From NCBI GenBank assembly GCA_003222675.1, contig QHWT01000046.1:51987-115986 (forward strand): a stretch of 64,000 nt of DNA, read 5' to 3'. The position numbers and the translations under genes were made by a program. Below the pieces are notes generated by a model. The model made no database searches. It was not told the origin of the DNA and saw nothing but the letters and a program-made list of their open reading frames with translations. Source of the stretch: Acidobacteriota bacterium (GTDB lineage: Bacteria; Acidobacteriota; Vicinamibacteria; Vicinamibacterales; 2-12-FULL-66-21). Below are positions 35,979-44,165 of the stretch, piece by piece (the stretch's first letter is position 1; each line of letters starts with the position of its first letter).

Positions 35979-37780
35979 CGCGCACTGATCGCTTTCTCTT
36001 AACGGCCGCACTGGCGATTGCGCCGGTCTTCCTGTGGGCGCAGGGGCAGGCGCAACCGCAACCGCAACCGCAAACCCAAACACAGGGACAGGGCCAGGGC
36101 GGAACGCAGGTCCAGGGCGGCGCCGCCATCACCGCCCCGGGCAACGCGGCGCAGGGCGGTCTCGATCCCGCATCGCTGCTCAAGCCGCTCGGCGATTCCT
36201 GGCCGAGCTATTCGGGAGACTACACGGGACGGCGCTACAGCTCGCTCTCGCAGATCAACCAGAGCACCGTCAAGAACGTCACGCTCGCGTGGACGGCGCA
36301 CCTGTCGACTGCGACCGGACCGACCGGCTTCGGCGGGTTCGGCGGGGGCCGCGGCGGCGGTTCGGCGCCTGTGATCATCGGCGGAGAAGGGACGGGCGAG
36401 TTCGCGTCGCCCGGAGGCGCGAACGTGAAGGGCGCGGTCCTGCAGATCGACGGAATCCTCTACGTCACGGCACCCGATCACGTGTGGGCGCTCGACGCGC
36501 GCGACGGCCACGAACTGTGGCATTACTTCTGGAAGACCCGCGGCGGCACCCACATCGGCAACCGCGGCGCGGCGTTGTGGCACAACTATCTGTTCTTCGA
36601 GACCCCCGACAACTACCTCGTCTCGCTCGATGCCCGCAGCGGCAGGGAGCGCTGGCACGTCGAAATCGCGAGCTTCGCCGAGCAGTATTTCTCGACGATG
36701 GCGCCGCTCATCGTCGGCGATCATTTGCTCGTCGGTACCGGCAATGACCTCGATGCGCCGGGCTTTCTCCAATCGTTCGATCCCGAGACGGGCAAGGTGA
36801 AGTGGAAGCTCTATACCGTGCCGATGAAGCCGGGCGATCCCGGACTCGACACGTGGCCGAACCTCGACGCGGCGCGACACGGCGGCGGGCAGGTCTGGAT
36901 TACCGGCGTCTACGATCCCGAGACGAAGCTCTATATCTTTGGCACCGGCAATCCAACACCGGGCTACACGGGCGCGAGTCGCAAGGGGGACAACCTCTAC
37001 ACGTGCTCTCTCGTAGCTGTCAACGTGGATACCGGCAAGATGGCGTGGTACTACCAGACGTCGCCGCACGATACGCACGACTGGGACTCGGCGCAGACGC
37101 CGATCCTGATCGATGCGACCATCAGCGGCCGCGCGCGCAAGCTCGTCTCGACCGCGGCACGCAACGGCTTCTTCTTCACCGTCGATCGTGTCACGGGCGA
37201 GCCAGTCGCGACCGCGCAGTACGGGACGACAACGAACTGGTCGCTGGGACTCAGGAAGAACGGCGCGCCCGACCCGAATCCTGAGAAGGAAGCGACGGTC
37301 GCAGGATCCTTCGTCTCACCGGTCGAAGGCGGCGTGACCAACTGGCCGCCGCCGGCCTATTCACCCGACACGGGTCTGTTCTACGTCCACGAGCGCAACG
37401 GCTTCAACCTGGTTTACCTGACCGAACCGGATCCTCGCGGGTCCATGGGGCTCGGCGGAAAAGTCGTGGCACCGGTCGGGTCGTATCCGAGCTCTCTGAC
37501 AGCGATCGATCCCAAGACCGCGAAGATCGCGTGGCGGCACCAGTTCCCCGGCGTCAACGGCGCGGCAGGCCAGGGCGGGCTGCTCGCAACGGCCGGTAAG
37601 CTCGTATTTGGAGGGGACGGCGGCGGCAACTTCGTTGCGTTCGATGCAACCAATGGCAAGCCGCTGTGGCACTCGCGCATCGGGACGATCAGCAATGCGC
37701 CCCAGACCTACGCGGTCGACGGCCAGCAGCACCTGCTCGTCGCGGTGGGTGATACGTTGTACGCCTTTGCACTGTATTGA
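35975..37780 (+). CDS. PQQ-dependent dehydrogenase (quinoprotein alcohol/glucose dehydrogenase family)
   Basis: WPSYSGDYTGRRYSSLSQIN, repeated W-motif propeller blades (LWHYFW, RWHVEI, KWKLYT, AWYYQT, AWRHQF, LWHSRI), ending ...GDTLYAFAL. Confidence 0.85.
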   Translation: MTRTDRFLLTAALAIAPVFLWAQGQAQPQPQPQTQTQGQGQGGTQVQGGAAITAPGNAAQGGLDPASLLKPLGDSWPSYSGDYTGRRYSSLSQINQSTVKNVTLAWTAHLSTATGPTGFGGFGGGRGGGSAPVIIGGEGTGEFASPGGANVKGAVLQIDGILYVTAPDHVWALDARDGHELWHYFWKTRGGTHIGNRGAALWHNYLFFETPDNYLVSLDARSGRERWHVEIASFAEQYFSTMAPLIVGDHLLVGTGNDLDAPGFLQSFDPETGKVKWKLYTVPMKPGDPGLDTWPNLDAARHGGGQVWITGVYDPETKLYIFGTGNPTPGYTGASRKGDNLYTCSLVAVNVDTGKMAWYYQTSPHDTHDWDSAQTPILIDATISGRARKLVSTAARNGFFFTVDRVTGEPVATAQYGTTTNWSLGLRKNGAPDPNPEKEATVAGSFVSPVEGGVTNWPPPAYSPDTGLFYVHERNGFNLVYLTEPDPRGSMGLGGKVVAPVGSYPSSLTAIDPKTAKIAWRHQFPGVNGAAGQGGLLATAGKLVFGGDGGGNFVAFDATNGKPLWHSRIGTISNAPQTYAVDGQQHLLVAVGDTLYAFALY

Positions 37781-37895
37781 CGGAGGAGGTGGACCGGAGG
37801 ATGGCAGCATTCGGGTGACTCCGACAGCCGGCAACCGCCGTCTGACCACCGTCTTAATGCCCCGCTTGCGGCCTGTCGTACAATAGAGGAGAAAA

Positions 37896-38247
37896 GGGGG
37901 CGAACCAGATTCGACGGGAGTACGGTTCCGTAGGATGCGTGCCGAGGACCATCAACCTCGTTAAAAGATGGAAACAACCTAACTGCGGATACGCAGCTCG
38001 CTCTCGCAGCGTAAAAACCTGTGAGCGTCCGTCCTCATCAGCCTGTGGGTGGGGAACGGATGTCATTTCAGCAGGCTGGCTGACCTCGGCCGTCCCGGAC
38101 GAGAGCAGTGAGATTTTCCGGGGTTGGTTTCCGGCGGCTCTGGCCGTTTCTTTACGCCGGGAGCGACACTTCAGAAGCGGATACGCATCGTAGATTCCTG
38201 CGGGGATGTATTTTCGGACCCGGGTGCAACTCCCGGCGCCTCCACCA
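37896..38247 (+). ncRNA. ssrA: tmRNA (SsrA)
   Basis: The 5' end GGGGGCGAACCAGATTCGACGGG pairs with the 3' end GCGCCTCC-A-CCA, including the G3-U pair. T-arm-like GGACCCGGGTGCAACTCCCGG. Tag reading frame 37970-38014 ends ...ADTQLALAA-TAA. Confidence 0.93.
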
Positions 38248-38348
38248 ACCTTCGCTCGCCGGGCTATCGCAGGCGCGCGGCGAGTCGAAGGCTCACCCAA
38301 CCCCTATTTGGCCTGCTGTCGTCCTGACTGCTTCCATTCGCACCGCAC

Positions 38349-38390
38349 CTCTCATCTCGGACCTCGGACCTCGGACCTCGCGCCTCGGCA
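38349..38390. repeat. heptad array (CTCGGAC)n, reverse complement of the GAGGTCC family
   Basis: CTCGGAC x3 perfect (38356-38376) with degenerate flanking units. Lies downstream of ssrA. Confidence 0.85.
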
Positions 38391-38432
38391 GTTTTGTCAA
38401 ACTACTGTCACAGTTAAGTTTGCAGTCTTGAC

Positions 38433-40049
38433 TTGGCTGATCCGGACCTCGATAATGCGAGGTGGATGTCCCCCGAGCAGTCCGAAAGTCCGATCGACGC
38501 GTTGCAGGCGCAGCTGCGGCAGACGCTCGACGCTCATCTAGCGTCGCTGGCCCAGCAGTACGAGCAGGCGATTGCCGATGCACGTCGCGCCGCGTCGCAG
38601 CAGGCTGAGCAGGCGGTCACCACACGGCTCGAGGCGGTCGAGGTCGAGTGGGCGAGCCGACTCGAATCGGAGGTCGCATCTGCGCGCGCCGAAGCACAGC
38701 GGCATCTCGTCACGGAGGTGACCAAGGTCCGCGTCGAAGCGGAGCAGCTGTCGGCCGAATCTGCGGCGCGTCTCCGTGAGGAACTCGAGGCCGCGCTCGC
38801 CGCCGAACGCCAGCGCGCGGAATCGCTGGTCCAGGCGGAAAGGCGCCGCGCGGAGCAGGAACTTGACGCCGCGCGTCGGGAAGCGCGTGAGGCGGCCGAT
38901 CGTCTGGAGCAGGCGACGCGAGCGCGGACGCAGGCGGAGGAACAGGCACGCATGCAGGCCGAAGCCCATTTCGCGGCGCAGGCACAGCTCACGCGTGAAG
39001 CGCGCGAGGCGGCCGATCGTCTGGAGCAGGCGACGCGAGCGCGGACGCAGGCCGAGGAACAGGCACGCACGCACGCCGAGGCGCATTCCGGCGCGCAGGC
39101 ACAGCTCGCGCGTGAAGCGCGCGAGGCGGCCGATCGCCTCGAGCAGGCGACACGAGCGCGGACGCAGGCGGAGGAACAGGCACGCACGCACGCCGAGGCG
39201 CATTCCGCCGCGCAGGCACAGCTCGCGCGTCACGCGGAGGAGCTGAAGCGGCAGCCGAAAACGACCGCTGGAACCGGCATCAACGTGGTCGAAGGTCTGC
39301 GTGCGATCGACGGGTCACGCACGCTGAGCGAAGCGCTCGGCACGGTGCTGCGGCACGCCTCGTCGATTGCACCGCGCGGCGCGGTATTTCTCATCAACGG
39401 CGCACGGCTGAAATCCTGGAGGACCGTCGGGTTTCCCGAGTTCGATGCGCAGCCGTTCGAGTCCGCGATCACCGGCACGGGTCTGCTCGCGCACGCGATT
39501 CAGACGGGCGAGGCTGTCGCCTCAGGCCCATCGCAGCCGCCGCCGACGTTCGCGTCGCTTCCAGGCGATCTCTCCGCGCTCGTCGTCCCCGTTGTCGTCG
39601 GCGGACGCGCGGTCGCTCTGGTGTATGCGGACAACGGCGGCAACAGCGAAATCGCGGCAGCGTGGGGCGACGCCGTCGAGAGCCTGGTGCGGCACGCGTC
39701 GACGCACCTGGCGCTGCTGACCGCGATGCGGACGGTCCAGGCCGTTGGCGCAGGTGCGCCTGTGGGCACCGGCGGCGCCGTCGCGCCCGAAGGCGACAGC
39801 CACGATCAGAGCGCGCGCCGATACGCGCGGCTCCTCGTCTCGGAAATCAAGTTGTACAACGAGGCGGCCGTCCGCGCGGGACGACAAGAGCGCGACCTGC
39901 TTCGCCGGCTGCGGCCCGAGATCGATCGCGCGCGCCGGCTTTACGAAGAACGGATCTCCGCCGCGGTCGGTGCGCGCGGCGCGTACTTCCAGCAGGAACT
40001 CGTGCAGACCCTCGCGGATGGCGACCCCGCGCTTCTCGGCAATTCCTGA
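38433..40049 (+). CDS. coiled-coil protein with GAF-like middle domain and conserved helical C-terminal domain
   Basis: The N-terminal ~270 aa are A/E/Q/R-rich coiled coil with three 39-aa repeats. Middle domain: LSEALGTVLRHASSIAPRGAVFLINGARLKSWRTVGF...VVPVVVGGRAVALVYADN. C-terminus: ARRYARLLVSEIKLYNEAAVRAGR...EIDRARRLYEERI. The TTG start is uncertain. The stop overlaps the next start (TGATG). Confidence 0.6.
   Translation: MADPDLDNARWMSPEQSESPIDALQAQLRQTLDAHLASLAQQYEQAIADARRAASQQAEQAVTTRLEAVEVEWASRLESEVASARAEAQRHLVTEVTKVRVEAEQLSAESAARLREELEAALAAERQRAESLVQAERRRAEQELDAARREAREAADRLEQATRARTQAEEQARMQAEAHFAAQAQLTREAREAADRLEQATRARTQAEEQARTHAEAHSGAQAQLAREAREAADRLEQATRARTQAEEQARTHAEAHSAAQAQLARHAEELKRQPKTTAGTGINVVEGLRAIDGSRTLSEALGTVLRHASSIAPRGAVFLINGARLKSWRTVGFPEFDAQPFESAITGTGLLAHAIQTGEAVASGPSQPPPTFASLPGDLSALVVPVVVGGRAVALVYADNGGNSEIAAAWGDAVESLVRHASTHLALLTAMRTVQAVGAGAPVGTGGAVAPEGDSHDQSARRYARLLVSEIKLYNEAAVRAGRQERDLLRRLRPEIDRARRLYEERISAAVGARGAYFQQELVQTLADGDPALLGNS
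38880..39230 (+). repeat. 3 x 117-bp near-identical tandem repeat inside the coiled-coil gene
   Basis: Copies begin at 38880, 38997 and 39114 (GAAGCGCG[TC]GAGGCGGCCGATCG...). They encode REAREAADRLEQATRARTQAEEQAR[MT][QH]AEAH[FS][AG]AQAQL[TA]. Confidence 0.9.
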
Positions 40050-42367
40050 TGTTCTCTGCACTGCGCGCACGCAGCATCTTCATCGTGTGCTGCGCGATCG
40101 GTCTCCAGTTGCCGGTTGCCGGTTTCCAGTTGCCGGTTGGCAGTTCGCAGTTGCCGGTTGCGGGTTCCCAATCGGCAGCCGACCAGCAACCTGTCCCCAC
40201 CGCTCATGCGGCGCTGCCGCAGGACGTCGACGATTACTGGCTCGTTCCGTCGGCGCGTGAACGGAAGGCAGGAGCGACCACCGCGCTCGCTGTCGCTCAG
40301 ACAGCCTATGCCGGCGGCAATTACGCCGCGGCGCTGGCGTCCGCGCAGCACGCCGCGACCGGCCAGAGCGCACTCGGCGATTACGCGCTGTATTACCAAG
40401 GGCTCGGCGAACTCCGTCTTGCGCGTCCGGCCGACGCGGAGAAATCGTTCGACACGTTGATCGAGCACAAGCCAGGCGGCTATCTTGCGGTCGCCGCTGT
40501 TCTCGGCAAGGGAGAAGCGGCGGAAAGCCGTGGCGATCACGCCGCGGCGGCCGCCCTCTACGAGACGCTCACGTCGGTGAAGACGATCGCGCCTGAAGAC
40601 GTGCTGGCGCGTCTGGGGCGCGCGGCGCTGGCGGCCGGCGACAAATCGCGCGCCGCGCAGGCCTACCTGCGCATCTATTACGAATTCCCCCTGAGCGAGG
40701 CCGCGGGCGGGGCCGCGACGGCGCTGAGCGGGTTGCAGGATCAAATCGTCCGCACGAGTTACAAGGCCGATCTCTCGCGCGCGCTGTTGCTCTTCGGCGC
40801 GAAACGCTATCAGGAGGCGCGGACGGCGTTCCAGGACCTGCAGAAGCAGGTCTCGGGTGATGATCGTGAAGTCGCGGAGCTTCGCATCGCCGAATGCGAG
40901 TACTTCCTGAAGCGCTACGCGGCGGCGCGCGATGGGCTGCAGCCGTATCTCGAAAACGCCTCGCGCCGCGCCGAGGCGCGGTTCTTTTATCTCAGCGCGA
41001 TGCGCGAGCTCGGCGCATCGGATCAGTTCGGGTTGCTCACGCGCCAGCTCGTCGCCGATTTTCCCGACAGCTCGTGGGCGGAGGAAGCGCTCAATAATCT
41101 CGGCACGCATTACATTCTCGCCAACGAGGACGAACTCGCCGCGCAGGCGTTCCGAGAGGCGTACGAAAAATTTCCGAACGGCCAGCATGCCGAGCGCGCC
41201 GCATGGAAGTACGGCTGGTACGCGTACAAGACCGGCCACTACGACGAGACCGAGCGGATCTTCAGCGCCGCGGCGACGAGCTTCCCGCGGTCCGACTATC
41301 GGCCGTCCTGGCTCTATTGGTCCGCGCGGGCACGCGCGCGCACCGGCGATCGCGCGATGGCCGACGCGCGCATGCGTCTCGTGTTCACTGACTACATGAA
41401 CTCGTACTATGGCCGCCTCGCGCGGCGGCAACTGGCGGGGCAGCAGGCCGCGCGTCTCGGGACGAATGCGTCGGACGACACGCTGGCTGTGCCGGCCGCC
41501 GCGCGCGCACCCGGTCGGCCTGCGTCGGAGCCTCCGCCGAACGCGGTCCTCATCCGGCAACTGCTCGCGGCCGGACTGCTCGAAGATGCATTGAACGAGC
41601 TGCGATATGCCCAGCGGATTTCGGGCTCCTCGCCCATCATCGACGCCACCACCGCATGGGTCTATCACGAACGAGGTGAGTTCCGCCGTGCCGTCGTACT
41701 GATGCGCCGCGCATATCCGCAGCATCTCGCGGTCGGCGGAGAAGGACTGCCTGCCGAGATCCTTCAGATCATTTTCCCGCTGACCTATTGGAGCGCGATC
41801 CAGCGCAATGCGAGGCTGCGCGGCCTCGATCCGTACGTGGTGACGGCATTGATCGCGCAGGAGTCGACCTTCGATCCCGAAGCGCACTCGTCGGCGAACG
41901 CATGGGGCCTCATGCAGATCGTTCCCGCCACCGGCCGGCGGCTGGCGCGGAGCATCGGCATCCGCCGCTTCAACACCACGATGTTGACCAATCCCGACAT
42001 CAACATCCGCATGGGCACGCTGTTCTTCTCGGGACTCGTCAAGCAATTCGGCGGCGCGTACTATGCGCTGGCGAGCTACAACGCCGGCGAGAGCCGGGTT
42101 GTCCGCTGGAAGATGGAGCGCCCGGGGCTGGACGAAGACGAGTTCATCGACGACATCCCGTTCCCGGAGACGCAGAACTACGTCAAACGGATCCTCGGCA
42201 CCGCGGAGGATTACCGGCGGCTTTATCGCGAGGGCGCGAGCGGGCCGGGTGCCGTCAAGGCGTCTGCAACAGCGAAGGCGGCCGTCGCGTCGAATCCCGC
42301 CGCGACGAAGAAGAAGGTCACGCCGGCGAAGAAGGCCGCGCCGAAAACGAAGAAACGCCGCCGCTGA
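40049..42367 (+). CDS. soluble lytic murein transglycosylase (Slt70-like: superhelical/TPR-like N-domain plus SLT domain) with Lys-rich tail
   Basis: ORF 39662..42367 trimmed to the ATG at 40049 (MFSALRARSIFIVCC...). SLT catalytic region ALIAQESTFDPEAHSSANAWGLMQIVPATG...YNAG. C-terminal tail KKKVTPAKKAAPKTKKRRR. Confidence 0.85.
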   Translation: MFSALRARSIFIVCCAIGLQLPVAGFQLPVGSSQLPVAGSQSAADQQPVPTAHAALPQDVDDYWLVPSARERKAGATTALAVAQTAYAGGNYAAALASAQHAATGQSALGDYALYYQGLGELRLARPADAEKSFDTLIEHKPGGYLAVAAVLGKGEAAESRGDHAAAAALYETLTSVKTIAPEDVLARLGRAALAAGDKSRAAQAYLRIYYEFPLSEAAGGAATALSGLQDQIVRTSYKADLSRALLLFGAKRYQEARTAFQDLQKQVSGDDREVAELRIAECEYFLKRYAAARDGLQPYLENASRRAEARFFYLSAMRELGASDQFGLLTRQLVADFPDSSWAEEALNNLGTHYILANEDELAAQAFREAYEKFPNGQHAERAAWKYGWYAYKTGHYDETERIFSAAATSFPRSDYRPSWLYWSARARARTGDRAMADARMRLVFTDYMNSYYGRLARRQLAGQQAARLGTNASDDTLAVPAAARAPGRPASEPPPNAVLIRQLLAAGLLEDALNELRYAQRISGSSPIIDATTAWVYHERGEFRRAVVLMRRAYPQHLAVGGEGLPAEILQIIFPLTYWSAIQRNARLRGLDPYVVTALIAQESTFDPEAHSSANAWGLMQIVPATGRRLARSIGIRRFNTTMLTNPDINIRMGTLFFSGLVKQFGGAYYALASYNAGESRVVRWKMERPGLDEDEFIDDIPFPETQNYVKRILGTAEDYRRLYREGASGPGAVKASATAKAAVASNPAATKKKVTPAKKAAPKTKKRRR
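40105..40167 (+). repeat. nine heptad units (CCAGTTG/CCGGTTG family) inside the slt coding sequence
   Basis: CCAGTTG CCGGTTG CCGGTTT CCAGTTG CCGGTTG GCAGTTC GCAGTTG CCGGTTG CGGGTTC. Translated as QLPVAGF QLPVGSS QLPVAGS just after the signal peptide. Confidence 0.9.
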
Positions 42368-42369
42368 TC

Positions 42370-42440
42370 AGGCTCAAGACTGAGGGCTCATGACTGATGC
42401 TGGCTTAAGGCTGGGCCCTGGGCCGCCCTGAGCCCTGCGT
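42370..42440. repeat. GGCTCA/TGAGCC word-rich convergent spacer
   Basis: CAGGCTCAAGACTGAGGGCTCATGACTGATGCTGGCTTAAGGCTGGGCCCTGGGCCGCCCTGAGCCCTG. Confidence 0.6.
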
Positions 42441-42456
42441 CGTAACGCCGTGGGCC

Positions 42457-44124
42457 CTACGGAAACGAGATCACTTCATAAAGCGTCATCTGCGGATCGC
42501 TCGCCAGCACGCGCAGATGCCGCGCGAACGGCTCGAGCCGCGCTCGGATCTCTGCCTGCCGCGGCCCCCACATGTCCCAATGGATTGTGAGGTAACGCAC
42601 ATGCCGTCGCGCGAGCGCCGCGAACGCGTCTGTCGAAGGAAACGAGCTGAGCATCGGCGCCGCCTGACGGAAATCCGCCGGGATTACATCGCTGTAGCCG
42701 TTGACGAGCGGCATCCAATGTGCGGTCGAGAAGAGCATGTACTGCGCGTGGAGCGGAAAGGTGGCCCGCTCGCCGTAGAACGGGAACTCCGCGACAGGAC
42801 CGCGCGGCAGCTTCGCGAGTACCGCGTACGCGGCGGGCGTTTGGGGGGCGCGTTCCCACGGAAACGGCAGCACGTTCAATTCCGCGATGGCGGCAATCGG
42901 CAGTATCGCCGCAACGAGCGACCGCCAGCGTGTCGGGGTGACGCCAAGCAGCCCCTCAATCGCGATGGCTGCGAACACCGCGAGTGAAAGCACCACCACG
43001 ACTCCAAGTCGCGCTGGCGCTCTCAGGAACGCGAACAGCGGAAAGTAAAAGAGGAGGCGGTAAAGCCCCGCGTTCGGCCCGAACGACGCCCAGAACGCGA
43101 GCACCCCGATCGATCCATACAGCATCGCCGTCTCACGTGACGCCCGATCGCCGGAAGCGGCGCGCCGCATCGCGATTGCGATGCCGGCGATGCCGAAGGC
43201 GAGGACGAGCATCCCGGGGAACAGCGGCTCGGTGAATCGTTCGAAGTGCGCCGCGATGTCGAGCAGCCATCGATGCGCGTGCGCCGGCGACGCGAGGTAA
43301 CTTTGCGGGTTCGCCGCCCAGCGCGCCGCATCCTGCAGCGTCCGATGGAACCCGGTCTCCTGCTGGACCCTCAGGTAGGGCAGAAAGAACGGCAGAAGGC
43401 AGACGATCGACATCAGCGCGGCCGTCACGATTGCCGTCCAGTACTCGCGCGATGCCCAGAGCCGTCGCGATCCGGCAAGGACCAGTACGCCGATTCCCGC
43501 CATCAATGCGGCGAAGATGCCGTAGTAGGCGCACGACAGCGCCTGCGCCACCAGCGCCACGCCGAGCCAGCCACCTCTCGGGATCGACGGCGCATCCGCG
43601 AGACGGTGCAGCAGCAACATCGCGAGCGGCAGGCCGCCCGTCATCAGCAATTGAATGTGAGACGAATGCGTCGTGACGTACGGACAGCACGCGTACAGGA
43701 CCGCGGCGATCGCGGAGGCCCTGTTGTCCTGCGTGAGGTAGTGCATCAACAGGTACGCGCACACGAACGCGGACGCGATTGAAAACAACACGACGCTGTT
43801 GTGCGCCGCGTACGGGTTGCGCGTGACCCAGTACACGGGAGCCGCGAGCACGCCTGCAGCCAGATTTGCTTCCGAGTACGCGAGCGTCGTGCGATGCGGG
43901 TAGAAGATGTTCGCGTTGAACATGTCGCCTGGATCGACGACGAGCGTGCGCGCGACCCACGCGACATTCCAGATGCTGTACTGACCGTCGCCGCCGATCG
44001 TGCGGCCAAGATGGCCCAGGCCGGCCGTCAACGGCCAAGTCATGAGGACCGACAGGGCAGCGCCCGCGACCGAGACCAGGAACAATTCGCGCGGCCGCGC
44101 GATGGTGCCGGCGGGAACGTCCAT
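42457..44124 (-). CDS. polytopic membrane protein, putative GT-C-like glycosyltransferase (uncharacterised family)
   Basis: 555 aa with about 12 hydrophobic segments and a C-terminal soluble domain. Overall architecture resembles ArnT/PMT/YfhO-like enzymes. I could not pin down a catalytic motif. Confidence 0.45.
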   Translation of the reverse strand: MDVPAGTIARPRELFLVSVAGAALSVLMTWPLTAGLGHLGRTIGGDGQYSIWNVAWVARTLVVDPGDMFNANIFYPHRTTLAYSEANLAAGVLAAPVYWVTRNPYAAHNSVVLFSIASAFVCAYLLMHYLTQDNRASAIAAVLYACCPYVTTHSSHIQLLMTGGLPLAMLLLHRLADAPSIPRGGWLGVALVAQALSCAYYGIFAALMAGIGVLVLAGSRRLWASREYWTAIVTAALMSIVCLLPFFLPYLRVQQETGFHRTLQDAARWAANPQSYLASPAHAHRWLLDIAAHFERFTEPLFPGMLVLAFGIAGIAIAMRRAASGDRASRETAMLYGSIGVLAFWASFGPNAGLYRLLFYFPLFAFLRAPARLGVVVVLSLAVFAAIAIEGLLGVTPTRWRSLVAAILPIAAIAELNVLPFPWERAPQTPAAYAVLAKLPRGPVAEFPFYGERATFPLHAQYMLFSTAHWMPLVNGYSDVIPADFRQAAPMLSSFPSTDAFAALARRHVRYLTIHWDMWGPRQAEIRARLEPFARHLRVLASDPQMTLYEVISFP

Positions 44125-44165
44125 GTAGAATTGCAGTCATTCTATCCGCAAACCTTGTTGCCGCC

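Noticed and set aside
37879-37884. TACAAT as the -10 element of an ssrA promoter.
   Set aside because: I found no acceptable -35 hexamer at 16-19 bp spacing. tmRNA 5' ends are also generated by RNase P processing, so the promoter position cannot be fixed from sequence alone.
38248-38432. Genomic island integrated at the tmRNA gene.
   Set aside because: There is no integrase or other mobile gene downstream. I saw no duplicated copy of the ssrA 3' end (CCCGGCGCCTCCACCA) elsewhere in the window. The spacer contains only a stem-loop (CCTTCGCTCGCCG...CGGCGAGTCGAAGG) and a heptad array.
39941-42046. Very long antisense ORFs in the track. Examples: 39941..42046 (701 aa), 44649..46595 (648 aa), 52118..53881 (587 aa), 55938..57611 (557 aa), 59365..61851 (828 aa), 35999..37078, 11483..13015 and 19166..20665.
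   Set aside because: Each lies opposite a gene with clear family motifs (Slt, GT-C-like, TonB receptor, ABC exporters, thiL/rny, PQQ dehydrogenase, MFS). Their translations are Arg/Ala/Gly/Pro-rich low-complexity sequence typical of shadow ORFs in high-GC DNA. 59365..61851 even spans two separate sense genes.
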